Assembly (NCBI GenBank): GCA_021773275.1
Contig: JAJFKJ010000013.1
Span: 2,092-66,091, forward strand
Source of the DNA: Gammaproteobacteria bacterium
Lineage (GTDB): Bacteria; Pseudomonadota; Gammaproteobacteria; JABCZS01
DNA length: 64,000 nucleotides
Direction: 5' to 3'
This document shows positions 9,550 to 21,962 of the stretch, one piece after another. Position numbers and translations under genes: made by a program. Each line of letters opens with the position of its first letter. Position 1 is the stretch's first letter. The notes under the pieces are model-generated. The model saw nothing but the letters and a program-made list of their open reading frames with translations. It made no database searches and was not told the DNA's origin.

Positions 9550-11520
9550 TTATCCCACCCACGCGTATAACCACCACGACATCAAGCCCAATAGGCCGAT
9601 AATCATGATTTGGACATATTGATTTAAGAAACCGCTTTGCACATAACGTGAAAGCTTTGCGATGCGCCCCACTAAGTGCGCCGAACCATTAACCATGGCG
9701 CCATCGATGATTTTAATATCACCGACCTTCCAAGCCACGTTGCCGACACCCCGTGTGCCCTTGCCAAAAAACCAATCGTTAAAGATATCAAAACCGTATT
9801 TTTCAACAAGGATTTTGTAGATGATCGAAAAATGGTTTTTGATTTTTTCAGGTATACCCGGCCATTTAATATAAAGCGCCCACATCAGGGCAATGCCGCC
9901 TACGGCTAACCAGAACACTAAGGTCATCGGTGCATGCAAAGTAAATGCCAAGGCACCATGAAAGTGCTCACCCAGCTTTGCTAATACATCGTTTTGTGGC
10001 AGCACGTATAAGCTCGGGTTCAAGAATGCATGCTCAGCAAACAACATTGGGCCAATTAAGATATACCCGATAACCAGCGAGGGGATCGCTAATAAAATCA
10101 GTGGCACGGTCACTACCCACGGCGATTCTTTTAAGTGTGATTTTGTTTTATCGTCCATTCTTGGTTTTGTATGGAAAACCATAAAGAACAAACGGAAGGT
10201 ATAAATTGCTGTTACTAATACACCGGCAACCGCAGCAAAGTACGCATAGCCTGCGCCTGGTATTGTCGAAAGCTTTACGGCTTCGATAATCGAATCTTTT
10301 GAGTAGAAACCTGCAAATGGCGGAATACCTGATAATGCCAAAGAACCTATCAACATCGTAATATAAGTGATCGGCATGTAACGCCACAAACCACCCATCT
10401 TACGCATGTCTTGCTCGTGATGCATCGCGATAATCACCGAACCCGCACCCAAGAACAATAATGCTTTAAAGAACGCATGTGTCATGAGGTGGAAAACACC
10501 GGCTGCGTAGGCCGACGCACCGACCGCAATCATCATATATCCGAGCTGCGACAAGGTTGAATATGCAATGACGCGCTTGATATCGTTTTGCACAATACCT
10601 ACTAAGCCCATAAATAAAGCGGTGGTACCACCAATCACCAAGATAAACGTCAGCGCTGCTGTCGACTGCTCAAACAGCGGCGACATCCGTGCGACCATAA
10701 ACACACCTGCCGTTACCATCGTGGCGGCATGGATAAGTGCTGAAATAGGTGTGGGGCCTTCCATTGAATCCGGTAGCCAGACATGCAGCGGCACTTGCGC
10801 TGATTTACCCATCGCGCCGATGAACAATAAAATACAGGCTGCGGTTGCCATTGAAACCGTGGTACCAGACCATAAGGTTAAGGTTTCGTTAGAAAGTAAT
10901 TCCGCATGACCAAACACTTCGCCGTAGTTAAGCGAGCCGAACACCAAGAACACGGCCGCGATACCTAATAAGAAACCAAAGTCGCCGACGCGGTTAACGA
11001 TAAATGCTTTAAGGTTGGCATAAATTGCTGTTGGGCGTTTAAACCAAAAACCGATCAGCAAGTACGATGTCACACCTACAGCTTCCCAGCCAAAGAACAG
11101 CTGCATAAAGTTATTCGACATCACCAGCATTAACATCGAGAATGTAAAAAACGCGATATAAGCGAAGAAACGTTGATAACCTGGGTCATCACACATATAA
11201 CCAATCGTGTAGATATGCACCATCAAAGATACAAAAGTGACTACGCACATCATTGCAATCGTCAGGCTGTCGATGTAAACGCCGACTTCTATCGGTATAC
11301 CGGCACTCTGCCCCCAGATGTATAAGGTTTTTTCAAAGACTTCGAAAGGTTGCGCGATGTAGATGCCCAGTATCCACACTGATGCTGCAAATGAAATAGC
11401 AACGGATGTAATCGTGATCCAATGCGCTGGCGGGCGGCCCATCACTCTACCCAATAGGCCAACGCTGATAGCGCCCGCTAGAGGTGCCAAAATAATAATT
11501 ATACTTAGCCAGGTTAACAT
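9550..11520 (-). CDS. nuoL: NADH-quinone oxidoreductase subunit L
   Basis: 656 aa, antiporter-like subunit with a long C-terminal extension. Confidence 0.9.
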   Translation of the reverse strand: MLTWLSIIIILAPLAGAISVGLLGRVMGRPPAHWITITSVAISFAASVWILGIYIAQPFEVFEKTLYIWGQSAGIPIEVGVYIDSLTIAMMCVVTFVSLMVHIYTIGYMCDDPGYQRFFAYIAFFTFSMLMLVMSNNFMQLFFGWEAVGVTSYLLIGFWFKRPTAIYANLKAFIVNRVGDFGFLLGIAAVFLVFGSLNYGEVFGHAELLSNETLTLWSGTTVSMATAACILLFIGAMGKSAQVPLHVWLPDSMEGPTPISALIHAATMVTAGVFMVARMSPLFEQSTAALTFILVIGGTTALFMGLVGIVQNDIKRVIAYSTLSQLGYMMIAVGASAYAAGVFHLMTHAFFKALLFLGAGSVIIAMHHEQDMRKMGGLWRYMPITYITMLIGSLALSGIPPFAGFYSKDSIIEAVKLSTIPGAGYAYFAAVAGVLVTAIYTFRLFFMVFHTKPRMDDKTKSHLKESPWVVTVPLILLAIPSLVIGYILIGPMLFAEHAFLNPSLYVLPQNDVLAKLGEHFHGALAFTLHAPMTLVFWLAVGGIALMWALYIKWPGIPEKIKNHFSIIYKILVEKYGFDIFNDWFFGKGTRGVGNVAWKVGDIKIIDGAMVNGSAHLVGRIAKLSRYVQSGFLNQYVQIMIIGLLGLMSWWLYAWVG

Positions 11521-11525
11521 AGGTT

Positions 11526-11831
11526 CTACCCTTTCAATTCATCAAGTTCTTCAACATTAATCGTATTGCGCTGACGGTACAAGACCACCAATATTGCCAA
11601 ACCGATCGCTGCTTCTGCTGCAGCCACCGTTAAAATAAAGAATACAAAAATCTCACCCGTGGTTTGGTCCAAAAAGCGCGAGAAGGCCACAAAGTTGGTG
11701 TTCACGGCCAATAAGATCAGCTCGATGCACATCAACAGTACAATGACATTTTTGCGGTTAATCGCAATGCCCATGGTGCCGATGCCAAACATCAAACCTG
11801 AAAATATTAAATAATCTACTATGCTCAACAT
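11526..11831 (-). CDS. nuoK: NADH-quinone oxidoreductase subunit K
   Basis: 101 aa, 3-TM protein with a conserved Glu in a TM helix. Confidence 0.9.
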   Translation of the reverse strand: MLSIVDYLIFSGLMFGIGTMGIAINRKNVIVLLMCIELILLAVNTNFVAFSRFLDQTTGEIFVFFILTVAAAEAAIGLAILVVLYRQRNTINVEELDELKG

Positions 11832-11834
11832 AAT

Positions 11835-12455
11835 TTATGCCTTTAAGTCTGAATCTGGGCCAACATCTTTTATCACCCGCAAACGGTCATCTTTGCGTGT
11901 CGCCACCTGAACGGCAATGTTCTGGCTACGACGGTTTTGCGGGCCACGGAACGTCAATGCTATCGCCGCAATAATTGCTACCAGCAAAATCACACCCGCG
12001 ATTTCAAATGGATATAAATAATCGGTATACAATGCCAAACCCAGCTCCGTGATGTTGCTATAATCCGCTGGTTTTTGTGCAAGCTCACCCAGATGCAATG
12101 CTGCCATGTCTGTATTCTTGTAAACCCAAACGAGCTGCGCAACAATCGTAGCCGCAATCAGAATACCTAAAGGCAAATAGCGCACAAAGCCCTCTTTTAA
12201 AGGTGAGAGGTTCATATTCAGCATCATTACCACAAACAAGAACAGTACCATCACCGCCCCGACATACACCAATATCAGTATCAGCGCTAAGAACTCGGCT
12301 TGCAACAACATCCAAAGCCCTGCGCTTGCCACAAAGGTTAATACCAAAAATAATACTGCACGTACGGAGTTACGAGAAAATATCACCATCGTAGCGCCAA
12401 AGAGCGCTAGTGCTGCGTAGCAGTAAAAAAAGAATTTTAACCAATCAATTTCCAT
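11835..12455 (-). CDS. nuoJ: NADH-quinone oxidoreductase subunit J
   Basis: 206 aa membrane subunit in operon position. Confidence 0.85.
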   Translation of the reverse strand: MEIDWLKFFFYCYAALALFGATMVIFSRNSVRAVLFLVLTFVASAGLWMLLQAEFLALILILVYVGAVMVLFLFVVMMLNMNLSPLKEGFVRYLPLGILIAATIVAQLVWVYKNTDMAALHLGELAQKPADYSNITELGLALYTDYLYPFEIAGVILLVAIIAAIALTFRGPQNRRSQNIAVQVATRKDDRLRVIKDVGPDSDLKA

Positions 12456-12461
12456 CGCTTC

Positions 12462-12959
12462 CTACCTGTAAGGTGCATCTGCTGCACGATCTTTCGCAAT
12501 TTGCTTCTCGTATTTGTCGCCTATTTCTAGCAGCTTCTCTTTGTTTATAATCTGCTCACCGCGGTTCTCAAAATGAAATTCTGCAATGTTTGTCTCCACG
12601 ATTGAATCCACTGGGCAAGACTCTTCACAAAATCCGCAATAAATACATTTAAATAAATCGATATCGTAGCGTGTAGTACGGCGCGTGCCATCTGCACGTG
12701 GCGCAGACTCAATGGTAATAGCCAATGCTGGGCAGACCGCTTCGCACAGTTTACAAGCAATGCAACGTTCTTCGCCATTAGGGTAACGGCGCAAAGCATG
12801 CAAGCCGCGAAAGCGTGGTGACTTCGGTGCTTTTTGGCGCGGGTACATCAGCGTCATCTTTCGCTTAAAAAAATATTTACCGGTCACGCCCAGCCCTTGG
12901 AACAACTCCCAAAGCAAGAAACTTCTAATGTAGAACTTCAGTTTTTTCATGAGAACCAT
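12462..12959 (-). CDS. nuoI: NADH-quinone oxidoreductase subunit I (2x[4Fe-4S] ferredoxin)
   Basis: Two CxxCxxCxxxCP motifs ([12 protein letters not shown] and [12 protein letters not shown]). Confidence 0.9.
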   Translation of the reverse strand: MVLMKKLKFYIRSFLLWELFQGLGVTGKYFFKRKMTLMYPRQKAPKSPRFRGLHALRRYPNGEERCIACKLCEAVCPALAITIESAPRADGTRRTTRYDIDLFKCIYCGFCEESCPVDSIVETNIAEFHFENRGEQIINKEKLLEIGDKYEKQIAKDRAADAPYR

Positions 12960-13975
12960 GGTCCTATTTTAAATTGTACCAACAGTGCGACGACAACAAT
13001 CCATACCAGCGTCACAGGGATATAAACCTTCCAACCTAAACGCATTACTTGGTCGTACCGGAAACGTGGGAATGTCGCGCGGAACCACAAGTACAGGAAT
13101 AAGAACAAGCATGTTTTTAGAATCAACCAGATTGGCCCTGGTACAAATGCGAACCACTGACCTAGGTAAGGGATGCCTTCGAAAGGCGATAACCAACCAC
13201 CCATGTAAAAAATAGCGGCTAACAATGCTAGCAGGATCATGTTTGCATATTCTGCCAAGAAGAAAACCGCAAAAGCCATACCTGAGTATTCTACATGGAA
13301 GCCAGCAACAATTTCAGATTCACCTTCAGCGATATCAAAGGGTGCGCGGTTAGTTTCGGCAACCGATGAAACCCAATGCACAACAAATAAAGGCAATAAT
13401 GGTATCCAGTACCAATGCCAGAAGCCGCCCTGCTGCGCCATAACGATTTCAGTTAAATTTAAAGAGCCTGCTGCCATCAAGACCCCGACTAAAGCAAAGC
13501 CCATCGCAATTTCGTAAGAAATCATTTGTGCTGAACAACGCAAGGCGCCCAAGAAAGCGTATTTCGAATTACTAGCCCAGCCAGCAATGATCACGCCGTA
13601 CACGCCTAAAGACATAACCGCTAATATATATAACACGCCGGCATTGATGTTTGCTAACACCAAGCCCGTACCAAATGGCACAACCGCCCAAGCTGCCATT
13701 GCCGCAGCCATAGTGATCATAGGCGCCACTATAAAAAGATATTTATTTGAACTGCTAGGCACTAATACTTCTTTAAAAAGCAGTTTGATACCATCCGCCC
13801 AGGGTTGTAGCAAACCGCGGTAACCCACGCGGTTCGGCCCAACACGGGCCTGCATAAAACCGATGACCTTACGCTCAAAATACATCAGGTACACAATCGT
13901 CAAAATCACCGGCACAATAATTGCGACGATTTTTACTAAAATCCAGCCTATTGTTTTGATCAGCTCTAAATCCAT
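12947..13975 (-). CDS. nuoH: NADH-quinone oxidoreductase subunit H
   Basis: 342 aa, homologous to NuoH/ND1. Confidence 0.9.
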   Translation of the reverse strand: MDLELIKTIGWILVKIVAIIVPVILTIVYLMYFERKVIGFMQARVGPNRVGYRGLLQPWADGIKLLFKEVLVPSSSNKYLFIVAPMITMAAAMAAWAVVPFGTGLVLANINAGVLYILAVMSLGVYGVIIAGWASNSKYAFLGALRCSAQMISYEIAMGFALVGVLMAAGSLNLTEIVMAQQGGFWHWYWIPLLPLFVVHWVSSVAETNRAPFDIAEGESEIVAGFHVEYSGMAFAVFFLAEYANMILLALLAAIFYMGGWLSPFEGIPYLGQWFAFVPGPIWLILKTCLFLFLYLWFRATFPRFRYDQVMRLGWKVYIPVTLVWIVVVALLVQFKIGPWFS

Positions 13976-13978
13976 AAA

Positions 13979-16264
13979 CTATGCTCGCTTAATTTCAATG
14001 GGGGCATAAGCCGCGCCCAAGGTTTTATGTTCAGCTAAACCTTGTGCAATATAAACCGTGTTGTCTGCCAGGCAGTCATTAATAACCACTGACAAAGTAA
14101 TCTCGTTGTCATTTTGTGAAACAATCACTGCATCACCTGTGTTCACTTGCAAACCACTGGCTGTTGCTTTGTTAATGTGCGCGCCCTGAACTTTTGTTGC
14201 ATCGTGCGTTTCTTGCAATGGCTTGGCCCGGCGTACTATTGGATCAATGGCATAAATTGGCATCTCGGCAATGCGTATTGTGCCTCTTGGTGCTGTGTTT
14301 TTAGAATCAGCCGTCCATTTAGCTGCTTCGGGTTCGGCGATGTGCTGCTGCGCTGCTTCAAATACATCGGCAATCGTCATGAACTTCGCGATTTCGTCGA
14401 TTTGACAAAGTTGTGCCAAGATGCGGAAGATCTTCCACGCTGGGCGAGACTCACCTTTAGGTGGAATCGCTGCATTAAACTGTTGGCAATCGCCTTGCGC
14501 ATTAATCATATGACCGCTGATTTCATTAAACGGCGCCGCTGGCAAAATCACATTAGCATATTGCAACATGTCATCTGTCGTAAACGTATTTACCGCTAGT
14601 ACAAATTCAGCATTATTCATTGCTTGCAAAGCTTGGCCTGTATTGGCGCAATCAAATTCTGGCTCAACGTTCAACAACACATAAGCTTGTTTTTGGTCTT
14701 GCAACATGGCTTGTGCATCTTGGCCTTCATTGCTGGCTGCTTGCTTGCCTGGCAAGCGATGCGGAACCACGCCCGTCAGCCAAGCACCGGCGCTATTACT
14801 ACCGCTAGTAACCAAACCCAGCGTAGCACCAATTTTATCTGCGAGCTTTTGTGCCAAGCTGCGCAATGTTGCCGCTTGCGGATGATTCATCGCTAAAGCA
14901 CCTAATAAAATCACTGGCTTAGTTGCCGATTGCAAACCTTCAGGAATATGCTCGAGAAGCTGTGTTAAACCAGCAACCAGGTCGCCACTTTCTGGGACGA
15001 TGTTTTTTTCAAAAGCAAAAATTAAATTAAAATCCACCGGGTTCACGGCAAACATTTTTGCGCCATTCTGGCTGGCTTTGTGTAAACGGTGCCATAACAT
15101 GGGTTGTTCTTTGCGCGTGTGTGAACCTATCAGCACAACGGCATCTGATTCTTCTATTTTCTCAAATGTCGTACCCATGTGTGGGTAAGCCGGGAATGCG
15201 CTCTGATCAGAAAAATCTTGCTGCTGCAAACGGTGGTCAATGTTGTTGATGCCCAAGCTGCGCAAGAAATACTGGAACATATAATAGTTTTCGACCGTCT
15301 CGCTTTGCGATGCTAATGCACCGACAGCTTTCTCGCCGTGTTTATGAATAACAGTTTGCAGGCCAGCAACCGTATGCTCTAGCGCTGTCGCCCAATCAAC
15401 TGTTTGCCATGTATCATTAACTTTAATCATGGGCTGTGTTACACGATCAGGCGTATACAAAGCAAAGTGGCTATAACGATCGCGATCGGCAATCCAAGTT
15501 TCGTTAATCGCTTCGTTCTCTGCAGGCACAACGCGCATCACTTCATTGCGGCGCTCGTGCATCATCAAATTGGAGCCCACACAATCGTGCGGTGCAATTG
15601 TTGCATGCTGCTTCATTTCCCATGTGCGGGCTTTAAAGCGAAACGGTTTATTGGTTAATGCGCCTACCGGGCAAATATCGATTATATTACCTGATAGTTC
15701 TGATTCAATATTCTTTTCTACGTAAGTCGTAATCTGGCTCTTCTCGCCGCGGTTTACGAGTCCAAGTTCGCGCATGCCTGAAATTTCATCGCCAAAACGT
15801 ACGCAGCGTGTGCAGTGTATGCAGCGCGTCATAAACGTTTCAATAAGCGGGCCAACATCTTGGTCAGCAACGCTACGCTTACCTTGGTTGTAACGCGATA
15901 CATCTTCGCCATAACCCATCGAGATGTCTTGCAACTCACACTCACCACCTTGGTCACACACAGGGCAATCAAGCGGGTGATTAATCAGTAAAAATTCCAT
16001 CACTGCTTTTTGTGCTTGCAATGCTATTGGTGAACGGGTTTTTACAACCATGCCATCTGTGATCGGCGTAGCACAGGCCGGTAAAGGCTTTGGTGCTTTT
16101 TCCACCTCAACCAAACACATGCGGCAATTTGCAGCAATCGATAAATTTTTGTGATAGCAAAAACGTGGAATGCGAATGTTTTCGCGATCAGCCACTTCAA
16201 TGACCATCTCACCTTGTTCAGCGGCTACTTCTTTACCATCAATTGTAATCGTTGTATCGTTCAC
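13979..16264 (-). CDS. nuoG: NADH-quinone oxidoreductase subunit G
   Basis: 761 aa, N-terminal 2Fe-2S and 4Fe-4S cysteine clusters, molybdopterin-oxidoreductase-like fold. Confidence 0.9.
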   Translation of the reverse strand: MNDTTITIDGKEVAAEQGEMVIEVADRENIRIPRFCYHKNLSIAANCRMCLVEVEKAPKPLPACATPITDGMVVKTRSPIALQAQKAVMEFLLINHPLDCPVCDQGGECELQDISMGYGEDVSRYNQGKRSVADQDVGPLIETFMTRCIHCTRCVRFGDEISGMRELGLVNRGEKSQITTYVEKNIESELSGNIIDICPVGALTNKPFRFKARTWEMKQHATIAPHDCVGSNLMMHERRNEVMRVVPAENEAINETWIADRDRYSHFALYTPDRVTQPMIKVNDTWQTVDWATALEHTVAGLQTVIHKHGEKAVGALASQSETVENYYMFQYFLRSLGINNIDHRLQQQDFSDQSAFPAYPHMGTTFEKIEESDAVVLIGSHTRKEQPMLWHRLHKASQNGAKMFAVNPVDFNLIFAFEKNIVPESGDLVAGLTQLLEHIPEGLQSATKPVILLGALAMNHPQAATLRSLAQKLADKIGATLGLVTSGSNSAGAWLTGVVPHRLPGKQAASNEGQDAQAMLQDQKQAYVLLNVEPEFDCANTGQALQAMNNAEFVLAVNTFTTDDMLQYANVILPAAPFNEISGHMINAQGDCQQFNAAIPPKGESRPAWKIFRILAQLCQIDEIAKFMTIADVFEAAQQHIAEPEAAKWTADSKNTAPRGTIRIAEMPIYAIDPIVRRAKPLQETHDATKVQGAHINKATASGLQVNTGDAVIVSQNDNEITLSVVINDCLADNTVYIAQGLAEHKTLGAAYAPIEIKRA

Positions 16265-17517
16265 TTTTTCACCAATGCATCAAATTCGCTGCGGAAATGC
16301 TTAATAAAACTTAACACCGGCATTGCTGCCGCATCTGCCAAAGCACAAATCGTGCGGCCCATCATATTGTTGGACACATCTTGTAATAAATCTAAATCGG
16401 CTGGCGTGCCTTGCCCGTGTAAAACTTTGTGTACCGTGCGTGACAGCCAACCCGTACCTTCGCGGCAAGGCGTGCATTGTCCGCACGACTCTTCATCGTA
16501 AAACTCTGAAATGCGTGCCAAGATTTTTACCATATCAGTGGTTTCATCCATCACGATCACTGAGCCTGCACCTAACATGCTGCCTGCTTTACCTATAGAT
16601 TCATAATCCATATTAGTTTCCATCATGATGTCTGCAGGAACAACAGGCACCGATGAGCCACCAGGAATGACTGCTTTCAGCTTGCGGCCATCTAACATGC
16701 CGCCGGCAAGTTCTAATAAATCTTTAAATGGTGTGCCCATCGGCACTTCGTAGTTGCCGGGTTTATTGACATGACCTGACACCGAAAATATTTTTGTGCC
16801 GCCACTTCTTTCTGTACCCACATTTAAAAACCAATCAGCACCCTTTTCTAAAATCACCGGTACTGATGCAAAGCTTTCGGTGTTGTTGATGATTGTCGGG
16901 CGGCCATACAGACCAAAATTAGCTGGGAAGGGTGGCTTGAAGCGCGGAAACCCTTTTTTACCTTCAAGCGATTCTAGTAGTGCCGTTTCTTCGCCACATA
17001 TATAGGCGCCGGCTCCAATCATATTGTGCAATTCAAAATCAACACCTGAACCCAAGATGTTGCTGCCCAATAACCCTGCTGCACGTGCCTCGGCAACTGC
17101 TTTCTCGCAGGCTTGGAAAGGTTCCCAATATTCACCACGGGTATAGTTGTAACCTGTAGTTGCACCTAATATATAACTTGCAATGGCCATGCCTTCGATC
17201 ATTTGATGCGGGTTGTAACGCATGATGTCGCGATCTTTAAAGGTGCCAGGTTCACTTTCATCAGAATTACACACCACATATTTTGGGCCGTCCAGATGAC
17301 GTGGCATAAAGCTCCACTTCAAACCTGTCGGAAAGCCTGCACCACCACGGCCACGCAATACGGATTTTTTAAGCTCTTCAATTAGATCTTCAGGCGATGG
17401 TTTTTCTTTTAAAATTTTACGCCATACTTTATAGCCACCGACTTTTTCTTCGTAAGTCTTCAGTGATGCTGGGTCATCAAATTCGAGTGAGCGAAAGCAT
17501 ACTTGGTTTAATTTCAT
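16261..17517 (-). CDS. nuoF: NADH-quinone oxidoreductase subunit F
   Basis: 418 aa with an NADH/FMN-binding GxGxxG region and a C-terminal 4Fe-4S cysteine motif. Confidence 0.9.
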   Translation of the reverse strand: MKLNQVCFRSLEFDDPASLKTYEEKVGGYKVWRKILKEKPSPEDLIEELKKSVLRGRGGAGFPTGLKWSFMPRHLDGPKYVVCNSDESEPGTFKDRDIMRYNPHQMIEGMAIASYILGATTGYNYTRGEYWEPFQACEKAVAEARAAGLLGSNILGSGVDFELHNMIGAGAYICGEETALLESLEGKKGFPRFKPPFPANFGLYGRPTIINNTESFASVPVILEKGADWFLNVGTERSGGTKIFSVSGHVNKPGNYEVPMGTPFKDLLELAGGMLDGRKLKAVIPGGSSVPVVPADIMMETNMDYESIGKAGSMLGAGSVIVMDETTDMVKILARISEFYDEESCGQCTPCREGTGWLSRTVHKVLHGQGTPADLDLLQDVSNNMMGRTICALADAAAMPVLSFIKHFRSEFDALVKK

Positions 17518-18008
17518 GCTTCACCCTTCAGTTTGTCTAAAATTTCATCCACTTTTTTTGGTGTAAGGTTCTCATGGTAGTCTTTGCCAATTTGCATCAT
17601 CGGTGCTGTGCCACATGAACCTAAACATTCAACGCTGCGCAAGGCAAACATATCATCTTTCGACGTTTCACCCACATCAACCCCTAAACGATTTTTCAAG
17701 TGGCCCATAATCTCATCGCTGCCACGCAACATGCATGACACATTAGTACAAACATCGATGCGATGTTTGCCACGTGGTTTCAAGTCATACATCGTGTAAA
17801 AAGTACCGACTTCATATACAGCGATACGTGGAACACCTAAATAATCAGCAATGGCGTCCATCATCGGTTCAGACACATGTTGTTCAAGATCTTGTACCAT
17901 GTTCATCGCGGGAATGACCGCAGATAATTTACGATCGATTGGAAACTTCGCGACCCAGTGGTCGATTTCTTTTTTCAGTTCATCGCTGAGTAGATATGCA
18001 TCAGACAT
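17514..18008 (-). CDS. nuoE: NADH-quinone oxidoreductase subunit E
   Basis: 164 aa thioredoxin-like 2Fe-2S subunit (CxxxxC...CxxxC). Confidence 0.9.
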   Translation of the reverse strand: MSDAYLLSDELKKEIDHWVAKFPIDRKLSAVIPAMNMVQDLEQHVSEPMMDAIADYLGVPRIAVYEVGTFYTMYDLKPRGKHRIDVCTNVSCMLRGSDEIMGHLKNRLGVDVGETSKDDMFALRSVECLGSCGTAPMMQIGKDYHENLTPKKVDEILDKLKGEA

Positions 18009-19258
18009 TAGCGGTCTATCTCCCCAAAAACAATATCTTGTGTACCAATCAGTGCTACTACGTCGGCCAACATATGGCCACGCGCCATTTCATCCAAGGC
18101 AGACAAATGCGCAAAACCAGCCGCACGTACTTTTAAGCGATACGGTTTATTTGCGCCGTCAGAAACCAAGTACACACCAAACTCCCCTTTCGGATGTTCG
18201 ATTGCGGCATAAGCTTCACCTGCAGGAATACACATGCCTTCTGTAAATAGTTTAAAGTGGTGGATCAGCGCTTCCATGCTGTTCTTCATGACGTCACGCT
18301 TAGGTGGCACGACTTTATGATCGTTGATCATGACTGGGCCCGGGTTTTCACGCAACCACTTTACGCACTGGCGAATAATTTTGTTAGATTGACGCATTTC
18401 TTCAACGCGTACCAGATAGCGATCATAACTGTCGCCGTTTTTACCAACAGGAATGTCGAATTCCATTTGGTCGTAAGCCGCATAAGGTTGCTTCTTGCGT
18501 AAATCCCAAGCAATGCCGGAGCCTCGCAACATCGGGCCTGTAAAACCTAACGCTACTGCGCGTTCAGGTGAAACAACACCGATACCCACGGTACGTTGCT
18601 TCCAGATACGGTTATCACTTAATAAGGTTTCATATTCATCAACACATTTCGGGAAGCGTTCAGTGAAGTCCCAAATAAAATCTAATACGGAACCTTGGCG
18701 ATTTGCGTTGCGCCATTTTTCTTGGCTTTTGGTAAATTGTTTAGGATCGTATTGCGGCATCTGATCAGGAATGTCACGATGCACACCCCCAGGGCGATAA
18801 TACGTCGCATGCATACGCGCGCCAGATACAGCTTCGTAGATATCCATTAGATCTTCGCGCTCGCGGAAGGTATAAAGCAATACCGTCATCGCGCCTATAT
18901 CAAGGCCGTGTGCGCCTAGCCATAACAGATGATTTAATATGCGCGTGATTTCATCGAACATGGTACGAATGTATTGCGCGCGAATCGGCGCCTCGATGCC
19001 CAGCAATTTTTCCATCGCTAAAACATAACCATGTTCATTACACATCATTGATACGTAATCAAGGCGGTCCATGTAACCAATGCTTTGATTGTAAGGTTTG
19101 GTTTCTGCTAATTTTTCTGTGCCACGATGCAATAAGCCCACGTGTGGATCGGCGCGCACCACTGTCTCACCATCAAGCTCTAATACCAAACGCAATACAC
19201 CGTGTGCCGCAGGGTGCTGCGGGCCAAAGTTCATGGTGTAAGTCTTAATCTCAGCCAT
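18008..19258 (-). CDS. nuoD: NADH-quinone oxidoreductase subunit D
   Basis: 416 aa, 49-kDa subunit. Encoded separately from nuoC, not fused as in E. coli. Confidence 0.9.
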   Translation of the reverse strand: MAEIKTYTMNFGPQHPAAHGVLRLVLELDGETVVRADPHVGLLHRGTEKLAETKPYNQSIGYMDRLDYVSMMCNEHGYVLAMEKLLGIEAPIRAQYIRTMFDEITRILNHLLWLGAHGLDIGAMTVLLYTFREREDLMDIYEAVSGARMHATYYRPGGVHRDIPDQMPQYDPKQFTKSQEKWRNANRQGSVLDFIWDFTERFPKCVDEYETLLSDNRIWKQRTVGIGVVSPERAVALGFTGPMLRGSGIAWDLRKKQPYAAYDQMEFDIPVGKNGDSYDRYLVRVEEMRQSNKIIRQCVKWLRENPGPVMINDHKVVPPKRDVMKNSMEALIHHFKLFTEGMCIPAGEAYAAIEHPKGEFGVYLVSDGANKPYRLKVRAAGFAHLSALDEMARGHMLADVVALIGTQDIVFGEIDR

Positions 19259-19962
19259 TAGCTTTTACCTTCTTCTTTTTCGATCAAATAACGGTGATCG
19301 TCGCGAATCACTTTCGGCACTAAAACACGTGGCTCTATTGTAATGGGCTGATAGATCACCCGCTTTTGCTCTGGGTCATAACGCACTTCTACATGCCCAG
19401 ATAAGGGGAAGTCTTTGCGGAATGGATGCCCCATAAAACCATAGTCGGTTAAAATACGACGTAAATCAGGGTGTTTGCGGAATAAAATGCCAAACAAATC
19501 GAATGCTTCTCGCTCGTACCAGTTTGCCACCGGCCAAACATCTACAACAGAGTCAACAATAGGTGGCTCATCTGTTGTGTAAGTCTTAACGCGTAAACGA
19601 TGGTTGTGCTCTAAAGAAAGCAAATGATACACCACCGCAAAACGACGATTCGGATCAGGTTTTTCATTATCTGCAAAGCTGTCTTCGCGTACTTGCCGGC
19701 CTTCAACGCCGCGGCTAAAACCAGAGTCGGTTGCGCTGTCAGTTTTCCATTCTGTTTTACCGTAAGCTAAATAATCAACACCGCAAACATCGATCAGTTG
19801 TGCAAAGCCAAATTTTTGTGTGTCGCGTAGCGCAAGCAAAACGGCGTGGCAATCGTGCGCAGACACTTCGATGGTTAATTCACCCACGTGAACAGCATCA
19901 GCGACGATCTTGTCACCAAAATGTTCTTTTATCTGTTTTGCTAAGCTTGCCACATCTGTCAT
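19258..19962 (-). CDS. nuoC: NADH-quinone oxidoreductase subunit C
   Basis: 234 aa, 30-kDa subunit motifs ([14 protein letters not shown]). Confidence 0.9.
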   Translation of the reverse strand: MTDVASLAKQIKEHFGDKIVADAVHVGELTIEVSAHDCHAVLLALRDTQKFGFAQLIDVCGVDYLAYGKTEWKTDSATDSGFSRGVEGRQVREDSFADNEKPDPNRRFAVVYHLLSLEHNHRLRVKTYTTDEPPIVDSVVDVWPVANWYEREAFDLFGILFRKHPDLRRILTDYGFMGHPFRKDFPLSGHVEVRYDPEQKRVIYQPITIEPRVLVPKVIRDDHRYLIEKEEGKS

Positions 19963-19971
19963 GGCACTTCC

Positions 19972-20472
19972 TTATGTTCTAGCAATTGTTTCTGTTTGCT
20001 TGATTTTATTTTGCAACTGTAAAATACCCCATATCAACGCTTCCGCTGTCGGTGGGCAACCAGGCACATAAATATCAACCGGTACAATGCGGTCACAACC
20101 GCGCGTCACCGAATAAGAGTAATGGTAATAGCCGCCGCCGTTGGCGCAAGACCCCATCGAAATCACCCATTTTGGATCAGCCATTTGGTCATAAACTTTG
20201 CGCAATGCTGGCGCCATTTTATTGCACAGTGTACCGGCAACAATCATCACATCGGATTGCCGCGGGCTGGGGCGAAACACAACACCGAAACGATCAAGAT
20301 CGTAACGCGGCGCGGCCGCTTGCATCATTTCAACGGCGCAACAGGCTAAACCAAAAGAAACGGGCCATAATGAACTGGTGCGCGCCCAATTAATCAGCTG
20401 GTCCGCCGAGGTGGTGACAAAACCTTTTTTTAGTAAACCTTCTATTCCCATTCTAAGGCTCCTTTCTTCCAC
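19972..20472 (-). CDS. nuoB: NADH-quinone oxidoreductase subunit B
   Basis: 166 aa with CCAVEMM and [10 protein letters not shown] cysteine motifs (N2 cluster). The annotated start overlaps the nuoA end by 31 bp, so the internal Met (MGIEGL) may be the true start. Confidence 0.9.
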   Translation of the reverse strand: MEERSLRMGIEGLLKKGFVTTSADQLINWARTSSLWPVSFGLACCAVEMMQAAAPRYDLDRFGVVFRPSPRQSDVMIVAGTLCNKMAPALRKVYDQMADPKWVISMGSCANGGGYYHYSYSVTRGCDRIVPVDIYVPGCPPTAEALIWGILQLQNKIKQTETIART

Positions 20473-20798
20473 TCATATATAAAGCCGACGGTTAGCAATA
20501 ATAAAAATACACCCATGGCAAAAATGGCAGGCCAACCCAGTTGTTGAAAGACTACTGCCCAAGGAAATAAAAATGCGATCTCTAAATCGAAGATAATAAA
20601 TAAAATAGCGACGAGGTAAAAACGTACATCGAACTGTGCACGCGCGTCTTCAAAAGCTTCAAAGCCACATTCGTAAGGCGAGAGTTTTGCGGTATTGGGT
20701 TTGTTAGGGCCGAGCAACTTACCTAACACGATAGGTGCAACGCCGATGACCATGCCAACTGCAATGAATACCACGATAGGAAGATAGTTTTCCAACAT
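20442..20798 (-). CDS. nuoA: NADH-quinone oxidoreductase subunit A
   Basis: 118 aa, 3-TM protein, first gene of the operon. A 139-bp promoter region lies upstream. Confidence 0.9.
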   Translation of the reverse strand: MLENYLPIVVFIAVGMVIGVAPIVLGKLLGPNKPNTAKLSPYECGFEAFEDARAQFDVRFYLVAILFIIFDLEIAFLFPWAVVFQQLGWPAIFAMGVFLLLLTVGFIYEWKKGALEWE

Positions 20799-20937
20799 TT
20801 ACTTAGCGCCCCCAACTGATGCGCGCAAATTATAGCATTGTATTGCCATCGGAGACAATAAGTAAGTTTTATAGGGTAAACACTGGCGGACCGTTATATT
20901 TTTATGCTAGAATTTGAGCACATTGGAGATATGTCAG

Positions 20938-21537
20938 ATGAGTCTTGCAGAATCACGTATTGATAACAGTAAAACCAAAAATGAAGAAAACTTCATACTT
21001 GCTTCTATCTATGCTTCGATCACTGCTTTCCCCTATTGGCTCATCGCTCGCCCTGCTTGGATCAAGAAAAACCCGAAAGAAACCGCTGGCGGTATGGTTG
21101 CAGCAGCTGGTGTATTATACGCCGTTAGCCACTTAGCAGGCTGGTTTTATGATATGAAAGATATCGACACCGACCGAGGCTGGAGCCCACCTGATGATTG
21201 GGAACCCCCTGTTTGGCCTGGCCCTGGCAAACCACCCGATTGGTGGCCATGGGAAGGCGCACCTACTGAAAATACAGGTGACAACGATTTTGGCACTTAC
21301 AACGAAAGTCACAGCTACGATATTTTTAGTGGTATGGATGAGACAGAGATATTCGTAACGCTTGTTCTCTTTGCAGTGGCCTTGGCTGCACTATTCAAAG
21401 CTTTCCAGTGGTGGAACAATAAAGAAAATGATGCCACAAGCACTGCGGCGCCGAAGCTGTTTAGCAACAGTAATGCAGATGATGATTTAAGTGTTGATAC
21501 TCCGGGTCTTGTTACAGATAGAACACCTAGGTTGTAG
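20938..21537 (+). CDS. Hypothetical membrane protein with a Pro/Trp-rich segment (PPDDWEPPVWPGPGKPPDWWPWEG)
   Basis: ATG at 20938 is preceded by GGAG (20925-20928); the ORF track starts earlier at a TTG. Hydrophobic helices lie on both sides of the P/W-rich low-complexity insert. The stop codon TAG is the GTAG head of a REP. Confidence 0.5.
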   Translation: MSLAESRIDNSKTKNEENFILASIYASITAFPYWLIARPAWIKKNPKETAGGMVAAAGVLYAVSHLAGWFYDMKDIDTDRGWSPPDDWEPPVWPGPGKPPDWWPWEGAPTENTGDNDFGTYNESHSYDIFSGMDETEIFVTLVLFAVALAALFKAFQWWNNKENDATSTAAPKLFSNSNADDDLSVDTPGLVTDRTPRL

Positions 21538-21690
21538 GGGTCGCATTGCATGCGACCCGGGTGGCATACAATGCCACCCCTACAATACCGCTCTCTGACG
21601 TTCGCGGCTCTCGTATTAAATCATTGCGAGATTAATAGCATATACGGTCTACATGCCATACAACCGCTTGCTCACGCGCGCGGCTCTGAC
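21534..21690. repeat. Composite repeat R1: REPIN doublet (21534-21583) plus a ~100-bp tail (tcattgcgagat ... caaccgctt ... gcgcggctctga)
   Basis: gtaggggtcgcattgcatgcgacccgggtggcatacaatgccacccctac, followed by sequence ~80% identical to 23100-23174. Confidence 0.7.
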
Positions 21691-21769
21691 ATAAGACAAG
21701 CGCAAGCAAATCTAGCAGATCATTTGCAAGCATCCCCCCTCCTAAATCTATGATAAAATCATCGCTCTA

Positions 21770-21852
21770 GCCGAAGTGGTGGAATTGGTAGACACGCCAT
21801 CTTGAGGGGGTGGTGGGCTTTGCCTGTGCGGGTTCGAATCCCGCCTTCGGCA
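21770..21852 (+). tRNA. leuU: tRNA-Leu(GAG)
   Basis: GCCGAAGTGGTGGAATTGGTAGACAC... is near-identical to the E. coli tRNA-Leu(GAG) 5' half. Anticodon loop CTTGAGGG, long variable arm, acceptor ends ...CTTCGGCA. CCA is not encoded. Confidence 0.85.
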
Positions 21853-21962
21853 GATTTCCTCAAACCCCACACATTTGATCTCAGAACGCACACAGTGAAT
21901 CTCCTAACAAAAGCCACCTAGTCGGCTGAAATCGCTAGGTAATTAACTAGATTCGTGGTAGT

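Noticed and set aside
20442-20472. 31-bp overlap between the nuoA end and the annotated nuoB start
   Set aside because: It is most likely a start-codon choice artefact: an internal Met (MGIEGL) shortens the overlap. Translational coupling between nuo genes is normal, so this is not a fusion or frameshift.
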